Part shown: positions 13,880 through 26,127 of the stretch, piece by piece
How positions within the stretch are numbered: position 1 is the stretch's first letter
Layout: each line of letters begins with the position of its first letter
Assembly (NCBI RefSeq): GCF_021869535.1
Contig: NW_026262581.1
Location: 121,892,001-121,956,000, forward strand
Reading direction: 5' to 3'
DNA: 64,000 bases
Source of the DNA: Mytilus californianus
Taxonomy: Eukaryota
Translations under genes and position numbers: made by a program
The notes under the pieces: model-generated
What the model was told of the DNA's origin: nothing
Databases searched by the model: none
Seen by the model: only the letters and a program-made list of their open reading frames with translations

Positions 13880-14470
13880 ATATTCCAACGGACAGTCTGT
13901 ATTCCGACGAGTACTTATTGTGCCACCTACTGACTGACTTGTTTGTATACTCCTTTATATATATATATGAGGCAGAATTCATACAGAACCTACTCAAAGA
14001 CAAAAAGAAAAAAACATTGCAAAGTTCTTTCATTTCACTTTCATATATTATTGATGTCTTGTCACTCAATAACCTACATTTCAGTGAGTGCTTGCATCTC
14101 CTAAATCCCATTGAACTTGATATTAAGGATACTACGGAAACTAGAAGGTCTGTTTCATATCTTGATCTTTTCCTCGATATTGACACGGATGGACGACTTC
14201 AAAATAGAACCTATGACAAACGTTATGGTTTCAATTAATAAATTACGTTCGTGAATGTTAAACTATACATACTTCATGAGCAGAGGTGTGCTTTTGACAC
14301 AAAAACTGCTCCAACAAAGTTATGAGGAAAAACGAACTAAATCGATAGTACTTAATGTTACGGTCACCATCACGACTTTGGATGACCGATACGATTTGTC
14401 TACGTCTCAACTCGATGACCAATACGATTTGGCTGTGTCTCAACTCACTAGCGACATGTTTTCGAGTCTT
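13880..14470 (+). pseudogene. Degenerate Penelope-like (PLE) reverse transcriptase fragment
   Basis: Decayed motifs: FQRTVCIPTSTYC (like QIVGIPMGTNCAP), LTDLFVYS..YEAEFIQ, SYIIDVLSLNN (like RYIDDVLS), ELDIKDTTE..SYLDL..YDKR, and RGVLLTQKLLQQSY. Frameshifts, stops, an internal deletion and a 33-bp tandem duplication at about 14381-14447. Confidence 0.8.
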
Positions 14471-15070
14471 ACATCGTTAGATACCAGATACTATTTTTTA
14501 TAACAGACCATACGGAATTTAAAAAAAAAAATCAGTTCCTGAAAGTTTTCAAATCGGTGCTAGTTGCCAAAAAACATAAAATCACATATTCAGAGCGTTT
14601 TATTTTAAACTAGTACCTTTATTTGAGAGATGTTAATCAGCTTGAAGCTAATACAGCAAGAAACAATATTGCAACTATGTTTTACAAAACACGACTCTGA
14701 AAAGTCCTGAGATCTCTTTCAAATTTTGGATGTATTTGTTTGTTGGTTTTTTTTCACGGACATGTGGCACTTTTTTTAAAGGTATTTTCACATTGCTGCA
14801 GCTCGTGGCTTTTTGAACAAATCTATGAGGTGTTAAATGAAATTGAAAAGCATTTTAAATACATGTTCAGCTCTTTTTAAGTGCAGAGCATCTCAAAAGT
14901 AAAGGTTGATTCAGTATAGTTTATTCTGATTTATATTTCCTATGTGTTTTTATTTGTTGTATAAGCGTATGACACCCAACGACACGTGTTCTAAAAGAAC
15001 GCGCGAGATCAAAAGTATGCCGACGGCATCTATTAATCATACAAGTAACAGTAATCTAATTTAACCATGT

Positions 15071-15999
15071 TTACACAGTATCAGGTTCTTCGTTCCATTG
15101 CCGTACATTGTCTTCAGTCTTTGGACTGTTAATACTGCTGTTAAAAATTTTAGGCACATGCTTTGTTTCTGGTTTTTCAGAGTTTTCAGTGTTTGTCGGA
15201 TCCCACGTTATTGTAAATTCTGATTGTGCATCTTCTTCTCCCAAGTCACTGTCAGTGCCATAGTATGATTCCGTCATAGAATCATCGTCGTGTAGTGAAA
15301 GGAGAGAATTACACACAGAGTACGACTCCGGAGAGAGTGTGAATGAAAATTTGATACCCCGAATATAGTCCTCACCTTCCGTTTCACAGTTTTGAAATGC
15401 ATCTGAATAATATTCACTCTGCTTCATAACAGCTTCGTTTAAAGCAATGTAAAATTTCATTGGTGTTTTGATTTGCAATTCAAGAAGTAATAAATCGTCA
15501 TCCATTGTAGAAGCAAGTGCTGTTTCCTCCTCAATAATGTCATAACATTGTAGGTAACTGGAATATTCAGAGGAAAAGAGCGGGACTTCTCCTATCACAT
15601 GCCGAATGTTCACTGGTAAATGAGATCGATCGTCTAAGACGTCTTTAATTTGAAATAATCCATCATTCGTTACCGATTTGTTAACTTTGTAAAATTTTCC
15701 ATTTTGTGAAATTGGTAAATACATTTCTTTGTCTTTTTCGTCTGTGCAAACCAAATATTTGGAAGGCGGGGATCTTCTCGTTAAAGATCCAGCAACATCA
15801 GTTCGTTTTATTTGCAGAATTTCACCAGAAGAGATTTGTTTTCTTTCTGTCTGTTTTTCTCCTTGTTCGCTGTCTGTTAAACACAAACAACTGATACTGT
15901 TTGCTACCAAAACTTGGTCTGTATCCTTTTCTGCTACTGACTCTAGTGTGGTACCAGGTAAGTACTTTTCTGTAGGATTATTCAATAAAGTAAACCAAC
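15071..15999 (-). CDS. CABIT-domain protein A (GAREM/THEMIS-like), coding exon 2 (terminal)
   Basis: Acceptor tttccatttAG at 16001-16000. Phase-1 join gives YSG|WFTLL. Contains KYLVCTDEKDKEMYLPISQNGKFY and LPVNIR, matching the CABIT core Cys motif. Acidic Ser/Tyr-rich tail; stop TAA at 15073-15071. Confidence 0.85.
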
Positions 16000-17060
16000 C
16001 TAAATGGAAAAAAATGAGCATCAATTGTGAGATGGATATAGACATATAGAATAAATGATAACATAGGAAATAAGATATGACATGGGTCCAAGCACTAAAC
16101 ATTATACATTGTATTTTTGGTTCCTCTTTTAGTTGAATACAATACAGTGTTTTATAGAATTTTCTTTGTGTCCGCAATAGTGTATGTGTTGACTGAAAGG
16201 GGTGGCAATAGAGTAGGGGTAGACTGAAAAGGGGGGGGGGGGGGGGGGGGTACTACTGTAAGTCAAAAAACTTGTTTATAGTCTAATAGTCTAAAAGTGA
16301 GTCAGTTTTAACATTCATTTTCATTTTATATTTTCAATAATATTTATTAACCAAATTGCATCCCTTGTCCCCCGCTCCTACGCCAGTTGTCTGGTCACCT
16401 GTATTTTGATTTATGATTCTCTGTTCGTCTTTTCGTCCTTTTTCTTCGTACGAGGTGAGATTGTCTGCATCTTTTCACCATATGTGTTTCACTCATGTGA
16501 ATTTTGGAAAACTGTGCAAGTCAGGTTTCCTAACTATGAGGACATTAAGTATACGCACAGGACCTTCTATAGAAACCGTCACGACTGGGAAAAGCTATAA
16601 AAAATTCCAGTTGGTGTATTCACAATACATAAAATAAGACAACAGGAATCCAATAATACAACAGGCCACATCAGTCAACCACCATGACTCCTCCAAAATA
16701 AACGTACAAACAAAGACCAACAACAAAAAACAACGCATAATTCAGATGGCCTGACTTGGTACACTACAGGCATAAATGTTATGTAGAGGGGTTAACTTGT
16801 TTTACGTGTGCACGAACCTTCCCGTTGACGTCGTAGAACCTGAACACACAATAAATAAAAACAGTATAATACAGCTGCCAAGAGGATGACCATTAACTTG
16901 AATAAGGCAATAAAGAATTAAGTAAACAAAAATACACATTTTCTAGACAATTTCACAACGCTATCTCCTGATCAGCCGCAGCCCCACAAACCAAAGGATA
17001 AGGAAACAATACAATAACGCCGCAATGATACAGACATCTGTTATTATAGGTTTTACTTAC

Positions 17061-17412
17061 CACTATAGTCCTGTGGTATGACAACATGTCTGCCAGTCTG
17101 CTGGAGTTCTCCTTTCTCGGAGTCTAGTCTCATGACCGCAGCTTTCACCTTCTTTGCTGATCTGTGGCTGTGAAGCAGCAAAGGCTGAGATAGGTCAAAG
17201 TGTAAAAGATTCCAATCTAGACTACAGGACTCAACACTACACCTGACAGCACAAGGAAGTCTAAAGTTATTTGTTATATGATTCAAAGTATAAGAATGTG
17301 TACTCCATTTGAAGTCTAACGTTTTATTGGATGTTTGTAACCTACGCTTGCCTCCTTTGAATTTTCTGGTTTTTATCACTCTTTCGGCACCGTAATGATC
17401 ATCTTCTTCCAT
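17061..17412 (-). CDS. CABIT-domain protein A, coding exon 1
   Basis: ATG at 17412. FKWSTHSYTLNHITNNFRLPCAVR...VVIPQDYSG resembles the GAREM N-terminus (WS..L..L...YRLPQI; IEIPVHYAG). Donor G|GTAAGT at 17060. Joined CDS is 1281 nt, 426 aa. Confidence 0.85.
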
Positions 17413-18689
17413 TTTTTCAATGAATTTATTGATAATGTGTTTACTTAGTTATAATTCCGGTCACACAGTAGATATATACACACTCATAAACCTACACATC
17501 TTTAATGTCGCCATATTTAAATGTTTTCTAAAGAAAAATGTTTTTAAATATGACGGATGAGTAAATTTCAATAAAAACGAATTAGAATTAAGATAATATC
17601 AACATTTTTACCTATCTCTTAAAGAATACAAAATATATTCTATTGAATAACTTCTTAGGTATGATATCCTGCAGCTGTTTACATAAAGCTGCATAAATGA
17701 AAAGTTGTATACAAATTTTGCTGTTGTCTGTTCTGTGGTCGGGTTGTTGTCTCTTTGACACATTCCACATTTCCATTCTCAATTTTAAACTTCACATGTT
17801 TCTTAGTAATAAACTATAAGAATGCACGTTTTTCTTTAAGGTCTACTTGAAGAAACCGACCTGTGCGATTTGTGTGTTAAGACTGTATATATCATTGAAA
17901 TATTTCTTTAAACCTAACAATTTTGTGTTGCAGATAAAAAAAAAGGTTTGTTTATAATTAAATTGTCATACACGTCAACATAGGTGTCTAAGCTAGCTCT
18001 GACAGCCCTGTCAATCGGACAGAAAACGTCACTACTGTACAAATTGTAACACCTGACTGAGATGTTTCTTTACATGTTTAATGACTTGAAACAACAAGAA
18101 AGGATTCGTATGCGGCTTGAATTTCTTAATGTATGACTATAATGGCTAGATGTTGATGTGATATGGTTTAAATTCCATCATACGAAACGGTTTATGTCGA
18201 ATTAGGCTATTTATCACCGTAAATTGTATTCAAATGTCACATATATGGAAAATACGGATATTTTGCAACCCGCAATGACCTGTAAGTTGGGTCATTCATT
18301 TGAAAAAGATAGTTCCAAGACCAGAATGCATTTCTTTATACAATATTGATAAAGATAATACAAAGCTCAACAAAATGCAGAAAAAATCTTTGAAGCCAGT
18401 CGACGTACTGTTACTTTTAAAAACAGGTGTAGAATATCTAGAGAAAAAGTTCAGCAAACAAACTAACAGAAAATGTAACTGTGCGCTGGTGGTAGACTTC
18501 AAGTCCCCGTGGGTACTATTTGAGCGATGGTCACATTATTATACAGTCTTTTATATACAACACTGATATAAAGTTTATATAAGACACTGTTGGATATTTG
18601 GGGTCTTAGAATCTCCTAATAGCAAAAAATTTGAACAGAATCAAACTCAATCTGGTGTCCTCATTTGTAGCTTAGGGCAGAGAGGGCAG

Positions 18690-18832
18690 TGCCTAAAAAC
18701 TATGCTAGGTTCGGTGTGAGCCAAGGCTCCGTGTTGAAGACCGTACTGTGACCTATAATGGTTTACTTTTATAAATTTTGACTTGGATGGAGAGTTGTCT
18801 CATTGGCACTCATACCACATCTTCTTATATCT
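18690..18832 (+). mobile_element. SINE-like repeat ending GTCTCATTGGCA(C/A)TCATACCACATCTTCTT
   Basis: The same 3' end recurs at 24150-24302 (-), 35850-36072 (+), about 54240-54300 (-, partial) and about 63775-63810. Confidence 0.6.
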
Positions 18833-19753
18833 ATATAGGTTGTAGTATACTGATAAATATTTTTTAGTAAAACATCAGCTGGTTATAATTATTGAAGGTA
18901 AATTTATATCACCTTCTGTAGGGTGATTGTCAAAAAAAGGATAAGTTGCACAAAAAGTAACTTGTATACAAATTATATATATTTTATATACCACTCCTAT
19001 ATGACTTTTCCTGCACATCTTCGTCATATCCTAACCTAAATACTATAATAAGTATTCGCAAAGCAAAGGGTGGTAAACCTGGCATTTTTGTGGACCGTAT
19101 TATTTTTTACAAAAGTTTACAAAAAGGTCAAACTGGAGAAAGTCTTTCAAACTCATGTTGTCCAATATTTACCAAGTATAAATATTTTAACGCATGAAGG
19201 ACGTTTGAAGTGCCTTATAAATCAAATTTCCTACAAGATTGTAATTAGTACATTTGAGTAATATAACTGGGATTATCAGGTTCAATGATCAAGTACAATC
19301 AAAAATGAACTTTTCTTTTTTTTACAAATTTTAATGAAGTCTGATGATTTATGAATGATAAAATTCAGATTCGTCAAATGTCCTAATTAAAGGTAGTATA
19401 AATTCTGGGCGATTTTGAATCAATTTTAGAGTTTCAAAAGTAAGGGTGAGAAACCAGTTTATCTATGAAGTGTTATGTCAATAAAAAATCTGATGGACAA
19501 GTTCTTGTTCGTTTGTGTATTAATGAATGGGATTTAAAAATAATTACTGAACCAAAATAACTGCCACAATGGGATAGTACACACAAGACTGAATCAGTGC
19601 GTTTCAATACACGGAAAACAAATAATTTACACTTCACTAACATATGTGAAGAGATTTGTCCACTGTCCGGAAACATTTTGTTTAAAAAAGAAAGTGATCG
19701 CATGTTTTCTATGACAATACATAAATATAATGTTATGACGAACTTCTTCTAAA

Positions 19754-20090
19754 ATGTCGGGATCTGTAAGGAAGAAGACTCGCTTACGCCAAGCTGTGGC
19801 TAGACAAGAAAGTATTCGTGAGGAGCCTAAGAAAGCACAATGGAGCAACCAGGAGTATACAACAGAAGAGATATTAAAACAGTTCAGTCTACCTCAGATT
19901 GTGAAATGTAACCAGGATTCTGTGAGGATTACATCTGACTCTCCACTGCCTATAAACTTTGGCAACCCACTGGTTTTTTATGACAAAAGAACCATTCGGA
20001 AACTGCTGGCCAAAAATATCGGTATTGATGCAGTGTCAAACAAATACATTGAGAGTAATGAAACTATTGTTATACCTGCTGATTATGAAG
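19754..20090 (+). CDS. CABIT-domain protein B (GAREM/THEMIS-like), coding exon 1
   Basis: ATG at 19754 in aaaATGT context. AQWSNQEYTTEEILKQFSLPQIVKC...IVIPADYEG. Donor G|GTATGG at 20091 (phase 1). Confidence 0.87.
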
Positions 20091-20398
20091 GTATGGTGTT
20101 TCTTTATAAAATATATTGTATCATATTTTCTTCCGGTATTGTAGAAAAACATTGATATACAATAAATGTATTAAAATAAATTATATTACAATCTGAATAG
20201 ACATTATACTTGTTATGTAAAAAATAAAAGATAGGAAGTCCAAATAATACAATATTTAACATTTGATTTGAAAAGTAATTTAATTTTCCATCCCTCTCTT
20301 GATATAAGTGTTTTCTTGTTCAACTGTTTAAATGAAACCAAGATATGCTTTGATGATATATTTCTTTCCACATATCTTCAAATTCAAGAATTTTTCAG

Positions 20399-21192
20399 GT
20401 TTATTTCTAAGATTGCAGTCAAGAACATGCAAAGATAATACATGCTTCAGGAGTATTGAAGCAATGGCTAAAAATAATGTGCGAGCTTTCCTAAACATGA
20501 CAAAATTTACAGCCTTCCGCATTGGTGAAAATGTTGCCACAAACGATTATACCAAAGTAGATTACACTCCTGGCAGCGTGTTCATCGTCGACAGTGTTTG
20601 TACTGGAACTACCAGGTCAAGAAAGGATATTGTTCAACATAGTTATCTAAAATGTAAGGACGAAAAGGATGTTCAGATTTTAATTCCCTTCCATCATCCT
20701 GGGGAATTTTCCGAGGTATTGACGAACAATAACAGAATGTCTGTCAACAGTAAATATCTTATTGAAAATCAAAAGTTTCCTATGGTAGTGCGCTTCATCA
20801 GTAGTAAACAAAAGCCTAGACTGAAATCTTTTTCTGGATTATTCACTCTCATAGACTCGTTTGAAGAATCAACTGTAATAGGATGTGTTTTAAACCCATC
20901 AGGATTTACAATGTTTGAACTGCCTGTATCTTCACCGTTGTCATTCCATTTAGCATTAAATAATCAGGATATGAACCAGCATCCTGTTGTCAAAAACGCA
21001 CTGAAACTTTGCGAGGCCAAACATAAACTATATGCAAAAGACATGAAGTACAAGTTTAAATTCTCCCATAGAATTGTTCAGCTTTCTGGAAAGAAATATT
21101 CAACAGTATCAGAAGATGGTGAAGATGACGGTCCAAAAAGTTCTCTAGATAGCGCGAGGTTCGATGTTGCTACAACTTATCTGTATATTTGA
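20399..21192 (+). CDS. CABIT-domain protein B, coding exon 2 (terminal)
   Basis: Acceptor tttttcAG at 20397-20398. The join gives YEG|LFLRL. Contains SYLKCKDEKDVQILIPFHHPGEF and FPMVVRF; ends ATTYLYI-stop. Joined CDS is 1131 nt, 376 aa. Confidence 0.87.
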
Positions 21193-22959
21193 TGAATGGA
21201 CATACCGAAATTCATTTTACTGGATTGTAATTCAAATGAAAATTACTAGTAAATCAAAGGCACACTTTGAAAAGGATTTAAAATATGTTTACATCTACCG
21301 ATTTCACAAATTCTATCTTTAGTTATCTTTATGATGATTTTGCGTCATGGATTAATATACATAACTTCTTTTCCGTGTATGAAGTTTCGTGATATGTCAA
21401 TGTTATGTTCCTGGAAATTATAAATTCATGACTGAATTGTAGCTCCATGTTAGTTTGTGGTGGATATATTGTTTACTTTAAATCGTCATTTATTGAATAA
21501 AAGTTCAATGTACCACCATTGACGTTTTGTTCTGCATATGTCATTGCATTGGTCTTCCTGAACAGTTTATTTCATCTACTAGTTTTTTCCCCTAGATTGG
21601 CAATGTATATTGATAGATATTGTATCGTGCGTCAGATTGACGACAAGGGATTACGCTTCTGTGTTTTCTTTTTTAAATTATTAATATGATAGCATTAGTT
21701 TTTCACTCAATTACATATTGACACCCACACTATCAAATAAATAACATAAAGTTGCGGTATTTCCACATGTTGTAAGTCAAAATATGCATTCGTACGGTTA
21801 TGCAGACCAGTGATGTATACTTTTAAAAGGGGAGCAAACGGTTTGAGCTATAAACATATTCATAGATTAAGAGAAATTTAATTTTTACTTGAATTCTATT
21901 AAACTGTTGATATACTTCGTATTGTAACGTTTTTATATGTTACATCAGTGGGTTTTATTATCATTGTATAAGATTACTTATTCTCATTTACCGTTATAAA
22001 GTAATTCATTACAATCTATTTTTATCGCCTTCAATGAGAGGTTAAATGTCAAATTAATCATGTTAATCTGGTGCCCCGTTGCTCTGTTTATACAGGTGCA
22101 GTCCGGTTGACCTCAGCTCCTGGCTCCGGTTGACCTCTGCTCCGGGCTCCGGGCTCCTGTTGTCCCAGCTCCGGTTGATTATTTCTTTGTAAGGAGTCAT
22201 TTAACCATATTTGTAATCGGGCTACTGAGGGCAAATAAAGTGGTATAAAAGAGAGAAATAGCTGTAAAGAGGGAGTTACGATTTTGTGTATACGAGAGAG
22301 GTGTACGTAGGAGATTTCGGAGTATGCCACCGTATTGTTGAGCCTGCAGTTTAGATGTTGTAAATTTTATCACTGTTACTTTGGATTTTGAATAATACAG
22401 TATTGAACTTTTAATCGACTTTGTATTTATGTTCACTTACAAGACTTCGTTCAGACTACCAGGATCTATTTATTTTATTTATGTGACCAGGCTTCCCTAT
22501 ATCACGCTACCAGTTGAATTAGGGTAATCCTGTAAAAGTGTATCATTGGCATCTGTCGTCCGTGTACGAGTGAAAGGTACGACCCGAAACTTATACACCC
22601 AACAACACAGCACAAACACCAACACACGGATACGCACTTTAGTTTAACACTTTACTTAACTTTTCGTCACAGTATATCATAAAATCCGCGTGCATTGTTC
22701 TGCGATCTTGTTATATCCTTTTTCATATATAGTTTGTTCTGTTCTAAAGAAACACTTAATTCACAATATTTTAACTACGAAACACTTAATTCACACTATT
22801 ATAACTACGAAACACTTTTTTTTATTCTTAAATAAATAATTTTATTATTTGTGCACTATACGTATAAGAAGTTCCGCACAAAGGGTCGGTTTTGACTCTA
22901 ATCATAATTTGGCGTCCCTCGTCCATTTATCTTACACATGTTCATCATCTCCCTTGAAT

Positions 22960-23310
22960 CTCCTGGGCCACTTATATTCTTAAATGGAAGGAAGGATGTA
23001 TGGTTAGTCGATTATTTGAAACAAATTGTTAACTTCGTACAAAAAAAGAATGCCAACATAACACCAAATATTGATACTGTATTCCTGTTAGTAAATCTGC
23101 ATATGTCTGCGATGATAAACTGGAGGCCCAAATGTGTTCTGCATATGTCTGCTATGATAAACTGGAGGCCCAAATGTGTTCAAACTTTTTAGAAAGACCA
23201 CAGACAAGGATTCCTCCCTTTGTGTTGATCGAGTGGTCATTGTTCCAACAATGATTTGGTGTCTGTCGTGGTCATGATTTATAGCGTCTAGGGTATATTC
23301 AATGAGCAAA
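22960..23310 (-). pseudogene. Highly decayed PLE-type RT remnant containing a 42-bp tandem duplication (23097-23180)
   Basis: RHQIIVGTMTTRSTQREESLSVVFLKSL weakly resembles the PLE motif Q..GTAMGT..AP.YA.L.MGFLE. The 42-bp duplication is directly visible. Confidence 0.35.
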
Positions 23311-23689
23311 GTCCATCATACAACGACGACTGCTGCATTCCAGGCTGCTGGTTTTAGACAGATACTACTAATACTTAAAAAAAAAACTGTAAACATCAGT
23401 TGGAAAGGACGTTACTCGTCGGATTTGTACTATGCACAAAACAACTAACAAAAAGACAAAATGACAAACTAACCGATCTTAAAGTTCTCTCAGTTTCTAA
23501 AAACTAGTTGAAACCCAAATAAAACAAATGCATATACCACATTTCTCCAGACTAAAAACTAAAATATCAAACAGTCGTCTCAAACGGTGGTCCTCCTTAG
23601 TCTAAAGACGTAAGCAATCTGAGAAATGCACGACCTTAAATACAAGTTTCGACGGGATGTAGGACCATAAGTGTTGATTACTGAAAAGC

Positions 23690-24060
23690 AAGACATGCTG
23701 ATATCATTGTACATACTTAGTATGTTCAGAAAAGTGGAATTTTGAACAGCATGTTTTTTGCTAGATTCTGAATAGCATACATTTGATGGATACCAAGCGA
23801 TTTGGTATTCTTATTGTATTGAAATGCGTAATATTTTCTTGATTTCAAGTAAAATGGAGTTCGTGTTGTTCTAAACAGGCATACATTTGCTAGATACAAA
23901 GTGAGTTGGTATTCGTGTTGTTCTGAAAAGCATACATTTTCTGTTTTAAGTGGGCGGGGTTCATGTTGTTCTAGACAGCAGCATATATTTGCTAGATACA
24001 AAAACAGTTGGTGGTTGTGTTGTTTTGAAAAGCGCATATTTGCTGGACACCAGGTGTTTT
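23690..24060. repeat. Degenerate ~50-bp minisatellite (TTCGTGTTGTTCT..AAGCATACATTTGCTAGATAC)
   Basis: About 6-7 diverged copies of GTGTTGTTCT...GCATA(C/T)ATTTGCT. Confidence 0.6.
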
Positions 24061-24149
24061 CCAATCTTTGATTTCGGTTATAATGTTACTATTTCGTATG
24101 TGAACTGCTGTTTGTCTTTCCGTCGTTTTCTTTTTGTTAATGGTGTATA

Positions 24150-24302
24150 AAAATAAGAAGATGTAGTATGATTGCCAATGAGACAAACTCTCCACCAGAG
24201 ACCAAATGACAATTATAGGTCACAGTACTACCTTCAACAATGAGCAAAACTCATGCCGCATAGTAAGATATAAAAGGCCCCGAAATGACAAATGTAAAAC
24301 AA
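24150..24302 (-). mobile_element. SINE-like repeat copy
   Basis: Reverse complement of the repeat at 35850-36072. Confidence 0.65.
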
Positions 24303-24314
24303 GTCGTGATCTGC

Positions 24315-26127
24315 TTTTTTAGCTCACCTGACCTGAAAGGTCAAGTGAGCTTTTCTCATCACTTTGCGTCCGTCGTCCGTCGTCCTGCGTCCGTCGTCCG
24401 TCGTCCGTAAACTTTTACAAAAATCTTCTCCTCTGAAACTACTGGGCCAAATTTAACCAAACTTGGCCACAATCATCATTGGGGTATTTAGTTTTAAAAA
24501 TGTGTGGCGTGACCCGGTCAACCAACCAAGATGGCCGCCACGGCTAAAAATAGAACATAGGGGTAAAATGCAGTTTTTAGCTTATAACTCAAAAACCAAA
24601 GCATTAAGAGCAAATCTGACATGGGGTAAAATTGTTCATCAGGTCAAGATCTATCTGCCCTGAAATTTTCAGATGAATCGGACAACCCGTTATTGGGTTG
24701 CTGCCCCTGAATTGGTAATTTTAAGGAAATTTTGCTGTTTTTGGTTATTATCTTGAATATTATTATAGATAGAGATAAACTGTAAACAGCAGTAATGTTC
24801 AGCAAAGTAAGATTTACTAATTAGTCAATATAACCGAAATGGTCAGTTGACCCCTTTAGGAGTAATTGCCTTTTATAGTCAATTTTTAACCATTTTTCGT
24901 AAATCTTAGTAATCTTTTACAAAAATCTTCTCCTCTGAAACAACTGGGCCAAATTAAACCAAACTTGGCCACAATCATCATTGGGGTATCTAGTTTAAAA
25001 AATGTGTGGCGTGACCCGGCCAACCAACCAAGATGGCCGCCACAGCTAAAAATAAAACATAGGGGTAAAATGCAGTTTTTGGCTTATAACTCAAAAACCA
25101 AAGCATTTAGAGCAAATCTGACATGAAGTAAAATTGTTTATCAGGTCAAGATCTATCTGCCCTGAAATTTTCAGATGAATCGAACAACCTGTTGTTGGGT
25201 TGCTGCCCCTGAATTGGTAATTTTAAGGAAATTTTGCTGTTTTTGGTTATTATCTTGAATATTATTATAGATAGAGATAAACTGTAAACAGCAATAATGT
25301 TCAGCAAAGTAAGATTTACAAATAAGTCAATATAACCGAAATGGTCAGTTGACCCCTTTAGGAGTAATTGCCCTTTATAGTCAATTTTTAACCATTTTTC
25401 GTAAATCTTAGTAATCTTTTACAAAAATCTTCTCCTCTGAAACAACTGGGCCAAAATAAACCAAACTTCGCCACAATCATCATTTGGTTATCTAGTTTTG
25501 AAAATGTGTGGCGTGACCTGGTCAACCAACCAAGATGGCCGCCACGGCTAAAAATAGAACATAGGGGTAAAATTCAGTTTTTGGCTTTTAACTCAAAAAC
25601 CAAAGCATTTAAAGCAAATCTGACAGAAGTAAAATTGTTTATCAGGTCAAGATCTATCTGCCCTGAAATTTTCAGATGAATCGGACAACCCGTTGTTGGG
25701 TTGCTGCCCCTGAATTGGTAATTTTAAGGTGATTTTGCTGTTTTTGGTTATTATCTTGAATATTATTATAGATAGAGATAAACTGTAAAAAACAATAAAT
25801 GTCGGCAAAGTAAGATCTACAAATAAGTCAACATGACCGAAATTGTCAGTTGACCCCTTTAGGAGTTATTGCCCTTTATAGTCAATTTTTAACCATTTTT
25901 TCGTAAATCTTAGTAATCTTTTACAAAAATCTTCTCCTCTGAAACTACTGGGCCAAGTTAATTATAGATAGAGATAATTGTAAGCAGGAAAAATGTTCAG
26001 TAAATTAAGATGTACAAACACATCACCATCACCAAAACACAATTTTGTCATGAATCCATCTGCGTCCTTTGTTTAATATTCACATAGACCAAGGTGAGCG
26101 ACACAGGCTCTTTAGAGCCTCTAGTTT
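24315..26127 (+). mobile_element. HINE/Helentron-associated non-autonomous element (pearl/MgE/DINE-1-like architecture) with 3.x tandem 502-bp cores
   Basis: 5' TTTTTTAGCTCACCT sub-TIR followed by a (GTCC/GTC)n microsatellite. Cores start at 24412, 24914, 25416 and 25918. The 3' end has AGGTGAGC, the hairpin AGGCTC-TTTA-GAGCCT and a T-run. Confidence 0.8.

Noticed and set aside
16000-16177. Hydrophobic, TM-like N-terminus of the 368-aa ORF
   Set aside because: It is intron read-through upstream of the acceptor at 16000. The same applies to the N-termini of the 286-aa (20332) and 530-aa (28092) ORFs.
18300-18566. 88-aa ORF in the CABIT intergenic spacer
   Set aside because: It starts at a non-ATG (TTG) codon, is low-complexity and Lys-rich, and has no recognisable family.
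22085-22936. GC-richer island with LTR-like TG...CA ends, short CCGGTTGACC/GGCTCC repeats and PBS-like TGGTGCCCC and TGGCGTCCC
   Set aside because: No matching TSD, no second LTR and no gag or pol sequence. It is probably repeat-derived but cannot be classified.
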